Source of the DNA: Nemertoderma westbladi
Taxonomy: Eukaryota; Animalia; Xenacoelomorpha
Length of the DNA: 64,000 nt
Direction: 5' to 3'
Assembly (NCBI GenBank): GCA_032718475.1
Contig: JAUCBJ010001520.1
Location: 1-64,000, forward strand
The notes under the pieces are model-generated. The model worked only from the letters and a program-made list of their open reading frames with translations. It made no database searches and was not told the origin of the DNA. Positions 22,004 to 35,600 of this stretch are shown here, one piece after another (within the stretch, counting starts at the first letter, position 1; every line of letters starts with the position of its first letter). The translations under genes and the position numbers were made by a program.

Positions 22004-23056
22004 CCCTATTAAACCCGGGGGAGGGTTAATATGTGTCTCCCCCCCCCATGGTTTTTTTGTTATAATTCTGAAACAAACGCAGTTGGTAATCTGAAATTTT
22101 ATGACTTTTCCTAAAAATCTATTGTCTTCCTAGTAGTGAAAACTGTTTTCAAAAATATTGGGTAGTTTTCGTGTTATAGCACCATTTTTTAACACTACTT
22201 TTGGCACTTTTTTTGAGACGTTTTTTTGAAAATTATATTTCATTAAGGGGGGGGGGGGGGGGGTACACCATTTTCGGACAACTCTTCGATATATCACTCC
22301 CACCGTTTCAAAATTGTTTGGTTTTGGCTAGAATTTGGCATATAGGTGCCTAACATGCTATTCTACATGACAGGTCAGAAAAAAATTTTTTTTTCGCTAT
22401 TTAATATTAGTTAATACTAGTTAACAATAAAAAAAACTTGGTTGCGCTTAAAACCCTAAGGCTTTTACAGTTTTGAACCTAATCACATGAAAGTTTTTTT
22501 ATATGATAGATCAAAGATGGGGCAACATAACTATCAGGCGACATTTTGTTAAAATAATTCTACACCGCTAGGTGGCGCTGCAAATTTATGCTAATTTTTA
22601 GATTTGTTATAAATAGTATAAAATTTTATTAACAAAAAATTTCAAAAAGTTGTCTGATACTTTTATGCAGGGTGGCTATCTAGACAACCACAGACAGTTT
22701 CAGACTAATTACTCAAAAAGTGTAGAAGTAGTAGGGTTTTGAAGTTGACAATTTAAAAAAATTTGGAGATAATCGACCTTTCATTATACATAGTAATAGT
22801 AATTTCACTAGGATTCCCTAAATTGAAATTTATATAACTTGAAAAAGAGCGGACAATAGCTAAAATAGCTATTAAATAGCGGTTTTCAGATTTGGAAACA
22901 CTGGTGGGTTAAAATTGTTGTGCCAGCACCAAATTTTTGAAAATAAGCAAATTTATCAGTAGATAGTATCATTATCTTGTTTCTTGCGTTATACGGTTTT
23001 ATGAGGGTCCTGAATCCGATTGAATCAATAAAAACAGCAGTGGACATCGCAAACTT

Positions 23057-23692
23057 TGTGACGGTATCCACTTGAGTTGACAGTCGTGGATACCGACCAG
23101 TGTAGGTTGTACGCGTCGTTGCGTTGCTGGGCTGAAGGCTGGATATAGGTTTGGCCAAAGGCCGATGGAAAACAACAAAGTTAGTTGTCAGTATTGATAA
23201 TCACAGAAATTGATAATAGCACAGTCTGAATATAATAATATGCAATACAAACAATAACGGTAACGAGGGTCAAAAACTATTCCGGTCTCACAACTGTAAG
23301 GGAATCAACTAACTAATAATCAGTAATTACAAGGGTTATATCATTGACACATATTACTTTAGCCCTACACTACTGGGCGGCCTTAATATCCAATGGTTGC
23401 GCTCTTGTCCTCCCCAATGTGCTTTCCTGCCCACTATTGGCTTATCTGTTAATTGTCACTTCGCCACTCCCTGTTGGCGTTACCCCTTGGTGCTAGCCTC
23501 ACTAGCTTGTTTCTCCCTCTGAGGTGGTTTGACCTCTCACCTCTGTCTGTGGCTTACGGCGTCTATCACCCCCCCACCCCAGTTGGTTATGAGGTGAGAT
23601 TATTATTGGTAATCTCACCTCACCAACTATATTGGTAAAATGCCACTAATCCCATTTTCGGTGGGTAGTGCATGGAATTGAATCCGCTTACA
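23057..23692 (-). repeat. 3' LTR of BEL/Pao element
   Basis: 23101-23692 is a direct repeat of 29510-30105 and is adjacent to the PPT. Confidence 0.88.
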
Positions 23693-23937
23693 CTCCCCCC
23701 ATGCTATCTTCCCGGTGAGAAGATAGCATCAACCTTAAGTGCGCTTCAATTCCGCTGGAATCCAATGTAATATTGGATGTGGGGTGGAAATTTCTTCTCG
23801 GGGTCGGCTTTCCAGGCCGGCCCCCATGGGTCTGTTGTCACTACCCATCCTTGGTACATCTGTGAGCTATGTTGTACCAAGGTATCTGGCGTCTCTGTTC
23901 AAGATGATTGCCCTCACTCCTCGCACAATTTTCCTCG

Positions 23938-24127
23938 CGGACTTTGTTGTCCCTTCCTCTCCCACCAGTCCCTTGGGACTCATCCTCCTCCATGCTCACC
24001 CCCCACACTTAAATCTCTCACTTCACACAATTTTCATCATGGACTTTGTTGTCCCTTCCTCTCCCACCAGTCCCTTGGGACTCATCCTCCTCCATGCTCG
24101 CCCCCCACACTTAAATCTCGCACTTCT
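23938..24127. repeat. Two-copy direct repeat (~87 bp, period 102 bp) in the BEL 3' non-coding region
   Basis: GGACTTTGTTGTCCCTTCC…TTAAATCTC.CACTTC at ~23939 and ~24041. Confidence 0.8.
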
Positions 24128-25199
24128 TTCACTTCCCCACACCATAACACCTCCTCCCCATACTTCCCCCATTCTTGTTGTCACTCTCCACACTCTTATC
24201 GTGTCCCACGCATGTGTACATCATATCAGTGAGATCCGTCTAAAGTCTCGTCCTGCTGTTCTAGTCAATTAGTCCCCAGTCCCAGTAGCTAATTGGAAAA
24301 AGGTTGTACTTGACTATAGTATATATATTATATATTATACATTCGTCTACATGACGCATCTTAACCCCCCCTCTCGGAGGTGATATGAATCGTCACTCCC
24401 AGTCTCGCCTGTTTCATGCTTTCTCCGCCATCACGATTCTCCTCTCTCACCAGACTGGTGGTGCCTTAGAAAGGCCCAGGATGGTAAGAGATAACTAAGT
24501 ATGGTCTCAATTAGTTTAAATCAGTGATGGCCTTCCTCCTCAGTGCCCACAAGTTTTACGGTACTATGTACCCCTCAGCTACGGTATGCGTACATACCCC
24601 CCCTCAATTCCTCACGTGGCGCCCGCAGTGCCCACAAGTCTTATTGGTAATATGTACTCCTCTACTACAGTATGTGTACATACCCCCCCTTCAGTTCCTC
24701 ACGTGGCGCCCTCAGTGCCCACTAGTAGGGTGTATGTAAATTAGGTACGTTGGTACATTATTGCACCCGTCCGACGTACATAATTGTAACTACCTACATT
24801 TGCATGTTGTGCCTACAGCGTACCTTGGTACTAACTACTTATTTTATTATTTGCTTATTTTTATTTTATTATTTTGTGTGGGAAGTGCATCTCGCCCTCA
24901 TTCCCACCACCCTCAGTCCAATATATTGGACAACTCAACTCTAAGGTGACCCTTCCAATAGGCAACACTTTCCTACCGCCCTCCTGTAGGTCTTCCTATC
25001 TTTGGCCCCTATCTTTCGGTCCTCACTTCCACGGATCTAATCCTTCCATCCTCGTCGGGGTAGGTTTCTACTACCCTAGCTAGTCTCCACTGGTTATTGA
25101 TAATTGTGTCATCCGTGACAATTATCAAATCACCCTTCTTTAGTTCCCTTTGGCTATTCCTCCACTTACTCCTTTTATATAGTGTTGGAAGGTACTCTT

Positions 25200-28100
25200 G
25201 TACCCACCTAGTCCAATACTCTGCGCTTATCGCCTTAGCGACTTTCTAACTTTGACGCGAATGTTTATCGTCTGGATCCACGCTTCGCATGTCAATCATC
25301 GCTGGTCTCTCCATGAGTAGGTGTGCTGGTGTTAGGACGTCCAGTGACTCTGGGTCGTTGTTCTCGGGGTATAGCGGTCAGCTATTAATAATCCCCTCAC
25401 ATTTCGCCAGCACTGTCCTCAATACGTCCTCTGTGACCATATGATTATTCATCAGCTTGGTCATCAGTCGTTTGGAGCTTCCCACAAGCCGCTCTACACA
25501 CCCTAGTGTATGTGGCGCGTATGGTGTTCTCCTTTCCCACCTTATTAGGTGTTTCCTCATCGCCGCCCTGACATCTTCTCCCTCCAGGGTGTCGAGAGCC
25601 TCCACTAACTCGTTCTCCGCGCCCACGAAGTTAGTCCTGTTGTCTGAGTATAATACCTCAACCATCCCTCCCCTGCGGGTTACAAACCTCTCTAGTGCAT
25701 TGATAAATGCCGACGCCGTAGCATCTTGGGCTAGTTCTATCCCCACCGCCCTAGTAATATTGCAGACGAAGATAATGCCATAGCGTTTCTCCGTATGCCG
25801 CATCACCTTTATCTTAATCGGCACGAACATGTCCACGCCACAGTGTGTAAATGGTGGGTCGTGATGCCTCACCCTGTTGGCTGGTAATGGCGCCATCTCC
25901 TGTATGGCCCTCTCCTTCTTCGTCTGTCGGCAGGTCTGGCACTGCCCCACTGCCGCCTTCACCATCTTTCTGAGTTGGATAACCCAGAACGTCTTCCGAA
26001 TCTCCGTCAGAAAGTCTTAATCTCCCTCGCCAATTGGCTGTATATTTCTTCCCCCTCCGATTCCTCTCCCTCCTCTTCTACTGTCACTTTCTCTGTACCT
26101 GGGTCTACCTTCCTCATTGGTGGCCAACTCGAATCGAATCTTAACAGGACCTCTATCCCCGAGTTGTAAATGTTGGGGCCTTCTAGCAGGTAATCATTCA
26201 GGTTCTTGCCGTTAGTCTTGGCCGACGCATCGACCACCATTCTTAGTTTGCCCCTCTTAGGGTCCAGAGCCACATGTAGTGGCAAATAGTAGGTTCTGTC
26301 CGTGTTTGGTTCATCGACCAGCAGCTCCATGGCCCACCCTCTGTCCACATACTTCTTAATCGTCTTGTGCATGTATTCATCCTTTTCGGGGCTCTGTTTG
26401 AGTGTTTGCTTCAGCTTTCGGAGCCTCGTCAAGACCATCTTCTTATTATCTGGTAGCGGCAACTTCGGTTGTTTCCATACCATCCCTATGGTATACCGCC
26501 CCCAATCACACTTCATCAAGTTCTTCACGCTCTCCAGCGCCTGTTCATCCTCCACCGAGGTCCCGACCCCGGTCTCCTTCAACCCCTCAAAGTCTTACAA
26601 CAGCAGCCTCTTGTGTTGATCTTCTGCTCCTTAAACCTCCATTTTCTTCATTGTACCCGCAAACATGCACCCTGAGGTCTCCGACATGCTAAACGGGATT
26701 CTGGTCTTAATTGGGCCACTGAGCGTCCATCCGAATGGCGTGAGAATCACCATCGGGTCTCACTCCCTATCCTCGCCGAATACGGTCTGTAATCTCTGGT
26801 GGGCTGTCGGGCAATCTATGCCGAATATGAGAGATACTTTCGGGACGTCGAGTTCGGGTACGGAGAAATCAATGTCATCCAGGTACCGGTATTGATCGAC
26901 CTCGATCTTTCTGGGTTGCCTGGCTTTAATATTAATCGATTCGATTATTTGAATGGGATCGATGGTAGACCCATAATCGCACCCTGGTTTTATCGCTGAT
27001 ATTTCGCAACGCCCCGTTCTCATCCTCAAGACCTCGTCCTTACTCGAGATAGTGGTTACCGCCATCTGGCTTGGCCTCGTCCGCAACCCTATCCTTTCGG
27101 CCACCCAACTTTCCGCTAGCGTGAACGCTGCTCCGCTGTCGACCAACATTAGTGTCATGACCGACAGCTCATCCTCTCCTATTATCCTCACCGGTACCAC
27201 CCCAAGTAGTACCGATCCCCTTTTCTTCGCTCCCATGGTGCTTGTCGCCATCGTCTGGCCTCCATTTCCATCAATCACGTCGTATTTCACTGGTGGTTCC
27301 TTGCACTCGGCAAACCTGTGTCCTCCTACCGTGCATTGATGACATAGTCCATTCTTACCAGTGTAGGCTAACCGATCTTGTTTAAGTAACGCCTGCCAAT
27401 GCTTGCAGTCTATGGTCTTGTGGAACCCGTTTCTATGCAATTGACATTTGTAACTGGGATTGTAGCGTTCCTTGTATAGCGCTGCACGTATTGCGCGTAG
27501 ATTCATATCTAGCAGATTAGTGTTTTGGTTATTTGGACTCGGCCTACTGGGGGTATTGGGTTTGTATTTGTTTGTGTTGTTGTTTTGTTTCTGTCCCTGC
27601 CACAGTGTGGCCCTACTCCCAGCTCCTTGTGGACTACAAGTCCCCTGCGTTGCTGCCGCATACGGTAGTGATTGTCTTATTTTTGGAAGTGCATTCGCCA
27701 CACTGTGTTCGGGTTTAGGCCTGTTGTATTCAGCTTTCGGCGCCTTCCCCAAACTGTCCTCGCTGTAGACTGGGTCTGTGATTAATTCCGTTTTGTAGTT
27801 AAGGAAGTTCGACATTTCCTCCAGCCCTGGCTCTGCCCTTTCCTCTCCCGGGTGGAGAAAGCGAGCTTTCTCCACTTGTTTCTCAGCCAGCGTGCCTGCG
27901 CTATTGTAGTGATGTTGTTAGATGCATTGAGTTTGTAAGGTGCATCCAGGGTCTTTGATACTATTAGCGCCTTTTCTACTTTGTTGGCGAAGGTTTTGAT
28001 GCTGACAGGATTGTCCTGGAGTCTGCCTGATGTTATTCCCCTTAAGTTTGCTGGATAATCTTCGCAGGATGCCCGAATTCCCTGTCCATGGCTCACCATG

Positions 28101-29324
28101 CTGTCGTGAATCATCCTTCAATACCTTGGTATTGTCTCACGATGTCGTATGCTGACCCCCCTGTGTAGACTTGTAGATACTTAAGGCACTCCACCTGCGT
28201 CAGGTTTTTCGTTAAGATTTCATTGATGTACATATGCTGGAATTGCATATTATCCTCCGGCTTACTACCATCGAACTTGAAGGGCTCCACTCCGCAGTTC
28301 GATTCTAGTTTTCAGTGCATCGATGAGTGTTGCCATTCCCATCGCTTGTACTTCCAGCGCGCTCGATGGTACGGATACAGACTCCTTTGCTGTTGGGTGC
28401 GGTTCACCCGTCGGGCTCGTCGACTTTCCCTGCGTGGGATATATCATCGGGGGTAACGGTCCCCTCCATATCTCTGTGTCGCATGATTTATTTGGGTCTG
28501 AGGGGTTTGGGGTTCTTGTTTTTGGTTGCGTGTATTGCTGATACTGTAATGGGGGAATGTGACCTCCCCCCCCCCCACCGATGTTATGTTTGGTACTGGG
28601 GTTGATGTTATCATGTTGGGGCCCATACACCTATCCGCAATACCCCCCCCCCCCCCCTCCCCTGGGTATATATTGTATCCCTGCATGTTATAGTCATAAT
28701 GGTGTGCAGGTACCAGTATAGGCCTATCGGCTTCTTGCCTACTGACCGGTATGTACGCCGCGACCTCCTGGTTTAATCCCATCAGTCGCGCTAACCTATC
28801 GCCTACATTATCTCTCCCAGCATGGCCAATAGTATGTGCAGTAAGGCCTACAGTATTTCCTGCAGTCTGCTTGTGTCCTTCCAGACTGAAGTTTAATCTT
28901 CTCGAGTATTCCGAGAAGTCCTCCCCACGACTACCATATTCTCGATCGGCAGCTACGTTCCAACGGGAAGTTTCTCTCCAATCCCCTCTCCTGTCTTCAT
29001 CCTCGTACCGGTACACTCTGTACCCCTCTCCCGGTGTGTGGTATATTTCACCAGGTTGTGTTTCTCCGGGGCGACGGCAATCTCCCGGAGTACGACCCCA
29101 CCGGCTCTCTCTTTCCACCTTGACTATCGATGGTTCACTGTCCGTCCTTCCCCTCTGGTTGCCCATAGCAACACTTCCTCGCACCCCCTCGCCTCGTCCG
29201 ATTCCAGTGCTGTGTTCTCCCTCATGAGATCTTGCCTCGACCTTCCGGATGAACTCCACTGTTCTTCATCCGTCTTCCGAGTGGGCTCGACGTTTCCAGG
29301 TTTGCCTGCCCACGGCACCAGCAT
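25200..29324 (-). pseudogene. BEL/Pao gag-pol, fragmented; most of RT and all of RNase H missing
   Basis: Gag zinc knuckles (CQLH..HKTIDC, LCHQC..GGHRFAEC), protease LVDSGA, RT start YYLPLH…KLRMVVDASA…LNDYLLEGPN, integrase CQTC…MAPLP..R…FTHCGVD…YSDN.TNFVGA…GCVERLV. Confidence 0.88.
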
Positions 29325-29509
29325 CCCTCCCTCTGCCCGGTTGGACGGCCCTGGGGATATTCACAGTCCCCCTACTATCCTTTGTCGTTGGGTGCCACAG
29401 TTCACTTAACTCACCGCGCACAGTATCCGCCGACGCTCGTGGGACATTCTCTGCCCCCCCCCCCCCCCCTCTCGTACGCCGCCGGGTGCCATGGTTTACT
29501 CAACTCACG

Positions 29510-30105
29510 TGTTGTTTGTACGCGTCGTTGCGTCGCTGGGACGCTGGGATGCTGGGCTGAAGGCTGGATATATGTTTGGCCAAAGGCCGATGGACTACAA
29601 CAGAGTTAGTTGTCAGTATTGATAATCACAGCAATTGATAATTAAACAGCAAACGGTAACGGCGGTCAAAAACTATTCCGGTCTCACAATCGTAAGGGAA
29701 TCAACTAACTAATAATCAGTAATTACAAGGGTTATATCATTGACACATATTACTTTAGCCCTACACTACCGGGCGGCCTTAATATCCAATGGATGCGCTC
29801 TTGTCCTCCCCAATGTGCTTTCCTGCCCACTATTGGCTTATCTGTTAATTGTCACTTCGCCACTCCCTGTTGGCGTTACCCCTTGGTGCTAGCCTCACTA
29901 GCTTGTTTCTCCCTCTGAGGTGGTTTGACCTCTCACCTCTCTCTGTGGCTTAACTCTGTAGCTCTCTCTGTGTATCGCCCCCCCCCCCCCTCCCCCAGTT
30001 GGTTATGAGGTGAGATTATTGGTAATCTCACCTCACCAACTATATTGGTAAAATGCCACTAATCCCATTTTCGGTGGGTAGTGCACGGAATTTAATCCGC
30101 TTACA
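29510..30105 (-). repeat. 5' LTR of BEL/Pao element
   Basis: Direct repeat of 23101-23692 with several indels. Confidence 0.85.
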
Positions 30106-30646
30106 AACTTGTACTTTTTGGTGAAGGGTACGAAATTTGGTGCTAGCACCAAAATTTGCCAAATTACGCCGAAAAATACAAGTAGCTATGATCTGGCATA
30201 TTAGAAATGTATTCCATTAGAATCAGCGCCCTAGAAAACCTGAAAATGTGAATTTATAGCATCGTATAAGTGAATTAAAAATTTTGTGTTCTAACTGAAA
30301 AGTGGTGGTTGGTTGTTTTTTTCCTTTTTTTCCTACGCAGAGAGGACTAAACTGCCATTTATAGTAATCATATAATTTTTAAATGTTTTCCAATGTCTTT
30401 TGCGCCCCAGAAAACCTGTATTGAAAAATGTAACTTTCAAATTTTGGTGCTGCAATTTTTTTCGGTCGGATCCAGACTAGTAATACCTGCGTACAAACAA
30501 AAAATCAGACGATTTCGTAAAAATTTGTAGATTTTAGAGGGTGGGGGGGGGGGGGGGGGGTGTCAATATGACCCCCACCCCCCCCCCCCCCCCCCTCCCC
30601 CCCGGTATTTGTACAACATTATATAGCCCGGTACTAATAGGGTTAA

Positions 30647-31220
30647 TAGCCAAGTCACTATGATTAAAACAAACTCATCTCGTTTACAGGCTATTAAATT
30701 TATTATAGGTGTGGATGCATTTGATTGTTAACTCTACTTTCCAGTAGACACCCCTTCTGTAGACACAGTATCTGATGAATTATTATCTGTATTATGTGAA
30801 GTGAGTAATATAATTTCCAACTCAGGGTGTAATAAATTTATTTTTTAGGCTGGTAATCAATCCCAATGCTGATTTTGATAGGTTTACAATGCACGTCCGC
30901 GTTATAAATAATTTTTTCGTTGAAAATAACTTAACACGTGTATGGGATATTAACGATTCAAATGTTTTACGTACTTTCAGTTCTTTAAGAGATAACAATG
31001 TATATTTTTTGACCATTGCGCCGCTGCGTCCTGTCTTGATAGTATTAACACTAACAATCCAGCCAATAATGGCAAGTCTTCAAACGGAACACGTCAAACC
31101 GTACAAAGACAATAGTGTATTCTGGCACATCATTGCATTACCAGTTCTCCATCTCACTTTGGGACTTCACTGCATTACTAGTTCACCATCTCACTTCGTG
31201 ACCTCACATCATTGCATTAT
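30647..31220 (+). mobile_element. Continuation of the LINE relic (deleted endonuclease/linker) fused to 42-bp minisatellite units
   Basis: YFPVD…VSDELL…NADFDR and EHVKPYKDNSVFWH match 43982-44750. The sequence then runs straight into CACATCATTGCATTACCAGTTCTCCATCTCACTTTG units. Confidence 0.75.
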
Positions 31221-31934
31221 TGCATCATTTCCCCTCCACCTGTTCTAGTATACCCCCTCCCCTACCCACTACCCCCAAATAATTGAATAACAATATTTAT
31301 TTATTAAGAATAATAACTAAGATCCTGTAGCCCTTCTGACTACATTCCGATGGTCTGAAAAATACAGCAGCCCGATCCAATTAAATTAAGGATGGATGGT
31401 TGAATTACTGACAGATTAATCAGACACTGATCGGTGCATATTACTTGCCAATATACGTTGCTGTGAATATAAAATGGGAACAAATTGAGGGTGATAGACA
31501 CAGCAACCGCCAAAACCAAAGGAAGTCACTTGCTATCAATTCTATGTACTAAGAATACCATCCTCACATCATGTTGATAGTTATAGATCACAGATCATTG
31601 TAATATAATTTCAGAACAGTAGCTTTACAAATGAAAAAAATGCAATAGAACTTCCCTTTAATAAAGATACTATAATGATATCATGTTAATAATGAATTGA
31701 AATGTGAACTGATCTGAATGAACTGATCGCGGGATAAATACTTTTAACCAGCACCAAATAATATAAACACTATATCACCTTTTTAAAGATTAATTATTTG
31801 TATTATAGCGAACACTTACACATGTATATGTATATATATTTTAGCAAGCACACCCAACGAAAAAAAAATTCAGAGTAAATATTTTTAACCATCACCAAAT
31901 GATATAAATTCTCACCATAATTATAAAGATTATT

Positions 31935-32572
31935 ATTTATCAAATTATATGTTGTCAAAAAATATATGCCGTTCCATACAGGAAAAAAGTACCGGTATAT
32001 ATCACAATTAGTGTACAGTATTATGCTTAGAAAAGTCTTAGCGATAAATACAAGTTTAATAAAGATTTAGCATAAAGTTTTCACATAAGTTTTAGCAACA
32101 ATTTACAACAAGTTTATCAATAAATACCTTTTATCAATAAAATCCTTTTATCATTAAAAACCTTTTATCAATAAAAGGCTTGTCTATGAGCACAGCCATT
32201 CCCAATACCTTTTATTTGTGCGGTTTATTTTATTGACATGTGTGTTGATTAATAGTGGCTTATTTAGTGGCTGATTAGTACTTTTTTTTAACAGTACTGT
32301 ATTATCTTTAGTATTTTTTTAACATTACTCTTTTTAACGACTGCCTTCTTTGATATTACGGGTGCAATAAGGTTTCACCTTCTACCTTTTAATTTTTAAT
32401 AAATAAATAAAAATAAATAAAAAATCGGTAATTATTTTACTAACTTTGAACATGTTTTTCAAAATAAGAAAATTTCCCGATTACATGATATTTTTCCTAG
32501 GCATTTTCCAGGTTTTTCCCTGTTTAATTTGTGCCCGGCCTTTTCCTGTTTTCCCGGTCGTTCGACACTCTG
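31935..32572 (-). mobile_element. One-ended hAT-like insertion downstream of CAP paralogue 2 (copy at 50780-51416 in block 3)
   Basis: Absent from block 1. Terminates in …CGACACTCTG (CAGAGTGTCG on the minus strand) with repeated TTTTCC motifs. Other end not found. Confidence 0.45.
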
Positions 32573-32693
32573 ATACCGAACACTTACACAAGTATAAATA
32601 GATATATATTAGCATGCAACAAGTAAGGGTATTATGAAAATCTCAAAAATTATATCAGCCCACATGACAATTTAGGATGCTGTTCTATAATCT

Positions 32694-35600
32694 TTACGTA
32701 TCATATGGATATTCACCAATCATGTTTCCAGCTGGGTAATAGTCGCAGACTACCAGGGTCATGGTGGGGCATACCTTAACAGCACACCCAAACATCTTTG
32801 TTTTACCCCAGATCACCTGCAACAAAATTGGAAAATCTTTGAGATGGGACTATTGATGCTATCTCGGTGAATTACTAATATTATTTATCTCTTATGGAAA
32901 AGGAGAAGGTTACGGTTGCATTTCATTGTAAATAAAAAATAATCAGGTTTCAATGGAATAGTTTAGTGAAATCTTTATCATATTTGTCGTTGTCTAATGG
33001 TTTCAGTAGAGGACCTAAGCCTCTACCAATATAGTAGACTTTTGATGAAGGTGTACCAGTATTAGATTCCTTTCCTAAAAAGAGAAATTGTTCTGATTCT
33101 CTTAAAGCCTTGATTCTCGAATCATCTATTGGTTACAGTTGGTTTATATTAATTATACAGTATATATTCCATTCTGTTGCACTGTTAATTTACTACGGTA
33201 GGCCCTACTGTTCTGAGTACAAAGATTTGATTGAGATCCTTATAATTTTTATTATGAATCAAGATGTATTTAAAGAACATACACGTAAGGTGGGGGTGAA
33301 AGAAAGGGTATCGCAGCGAGGTTCCTGGTTCTCCTAGAGGACATCAACAGGCTTTATTAAAGTTAGAAGTTAATGAGAGAAGTTAACGTAAGGGTATCGC
33401 ATTAACTTCTAACTTTAATAAAGCCTGATGAAGGCCTCTCTAGGAGAGGCAGAAGCTCGATGCGATACCCTTTATATTTGTTACTTGTCGGTGGGTGTAG
33501 ACCTAGAACCACTTTTGTTGTATTAAATGAATCAAGATAGATTCCAATGCTACCTGAAACTCAACTCTTCATTCTAGTTTCATTAAAAAAAAATATATAT
33601 ATATCAGTGTCTAGTCGGTGGTTATTCCAGCTATAAAACTATCATGAATAACTACAAATGAGAATGACCACAAATTTTTACCTTTGTAAGGTAAATCTGC
33701 AACAACTCAATATACAAATATATATAGTCATGATAATAAGGTTTTAGATGTTACCTGTGTAAAATGTCCAATACCCTGGAAATTTGAATTTGACAATGGT
33801 TCCCACTTATTATAGAGACTAACTTCATCATACCAAGGTTTCACCACATCTAAACCATTTTCGATGCAGTTTCCTCCACTACTAGACGAACCTGCAAAGA
33901 ATACACCCATTAACATGAAATCAATGACCTAGTGAGTGAGCCATTGTGGTATTTCAGTCTCCAAATTTTATTCTTATCTCATTAAATAAAATATTCATAT
34001 TTCTTACTAGTGAAAACAACTGGCTTAGCACTTGTACTTCTTACTTCCAGGTACATACACATAAAAGCATCATTCTCCTCTACTATTTCCCATTAAAAAG
34101 TAAAGTAAAGTAAATTTTCTTCGGCCACCAGGCCAGGGATTACGCACAAAGTCTGACGAGTGCCAGTGCCAATCTTGAGACAAGTTTTCGCTGCATTAGC
34201 TGTATTTTTACTGAACTTCCATTTCATGATACTATTTTAGAATCAGATACCGACTATTCATTCCTCACATCGCCTCTGCAAACTCCAAGTGATGCTGAGA
34301 GTGAAACTTTTAAATTTTTTAAGAAAAAAGGTCTGCATTTTTTGCATTTAAACGCACGATCTCTGCTTCCCAAACTTTCAGAAATTCGAATTTTAATCAA
34401 TTTAATCTAACCCAGCAGTTTTAAAAATCTCTTAAACTTGGGTCGATGATAGCATTTCTGATAGAGAAATTTATATTGATAATTACATAGTTTTATGTAA
34501 GGATAGGGACAGACATGGTGGTGGTGTCTGTACTTACATTCGATGTGATTTAGCTTTTAATCGTAGGGAAGATTTAGAGACTTATGACGAAGTTTTACTG
34601 GTGGAACTTTTACTTCCTAAAACTAAACCTATTTTAATCGGTACTTTATCGGTCTTAGGTGTTTTTAATATCTGTTACCATCACAAACTATTACTTTTAT
34701 TATTAATTACTCTATCGAAGATAATGTAGTACCAGACGAACTGGAATTAACTAAGGTTGTTCCTCTGTATAAAAAGAATAGTAGAACCCTGTAATTGCAG
34801 ACCTGTTAGTATCTTAAATATTGTGTCTAAAATTCTAGAACGTTCTGTTTTTCTACAGCTGGAGGCACATCTTAGTAGGCTAAATGTGATCTATGAACTT
34901 CAGTCCGGTTTTCGTAAATCATATTCTACAGACACCTGCCTTATTAACTTAACTGATACAATTAGATGTAATAACACAAAAGGGTTTATATACTGGTATG
35001 GTAATGTTGGACCTACAAAAGGCTTTCGATACTGTAGATCATGAAATTCTGTTTGGTAAGTTTGGGCTGATGGGTGTAGGTTCTATAGACTGGTTCAAGT
35101 GGTTCAAGTCCTACCTGTCAGACAGAGGTCAAACTGTAGTCATTAGCAAATCGCACTCTACTGTACAAGAGATTACCTGTGGTGTACCACAAGGTAGTAT
35201 AATAGGTTCTCTGCGTTTTGTATGCTATGTAAATGATATGATAAGTAGTATAGATCCCGATTTTAAACTCATTTTATATGCTGACGACAGTGCTGTTATT
35301 TTCTCTCATAAAGATCCTATCCATATTTCCTAAAAGTTAAGTGCAGTTCTAGAATCCTGTAATGAGTGGTTGGTTGATAATAAGCTATCCATTCACTACG
35401 GTACGACTGAAAGTATTTTGTTTGGTTCCAAAAGAAAGTTAAAGAAGGAAACTAAGTTTGAAGTCACTAGTAATGGACATAAGATTGAAAATAAAAAGGA
35501 AGTTAAATATTTAGGCGCCACATTGGATAACTGCTTATCAGGAGAAAGCACAGCGAAAAATATTTTCTCGAAAGTTAACAGTAGGCTTAGGTTTCTATAC

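Larger units (their letters stand above)
23057..30105 (-). mobile_element. BEL/Pao LTR retrotransposon, internally deleted
   Basis: TG...CA termini, 5-bp TSD AACTT (23052-23056, 30106-30110), two LTRs, polypurine tract GGGGGGAG on the minus strand at 23693-23700, and gag-protease-RT-integrase remnants. Confidence 0.92.
22004..30642. mobile_element. Non-autonomous TTAA (piggyBac-like) DNA element of ~1.6 kb, itself interrupted by the BEL/Pao element
   Basis: TTAA at 22000-22003 and 30643-30646. Imperfect TIRs CCCTATTAAACCCGGG / CCCGGTACTAATAGGG. The host endonuclease frame resumes after 30646 (…KRCL|NSQVTMIKTNSSRLQAIK). Confidence 0.85.

Noticed and set aside
23739-24272. env-like or accessory gene in the BEL element
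   Set aside because: Antisense to the element, built from a direct repeat, non-ATG start and no fusion-protein features.
30540-30603. G-quadruplex or regulatory switch from facing G and C runs
   Set aside because: G/C homopolymer hairpins near the ends are a common feature of these TTAA MITEs (also at 22247 and 63015), and run lengths are unreliable in assemblies.
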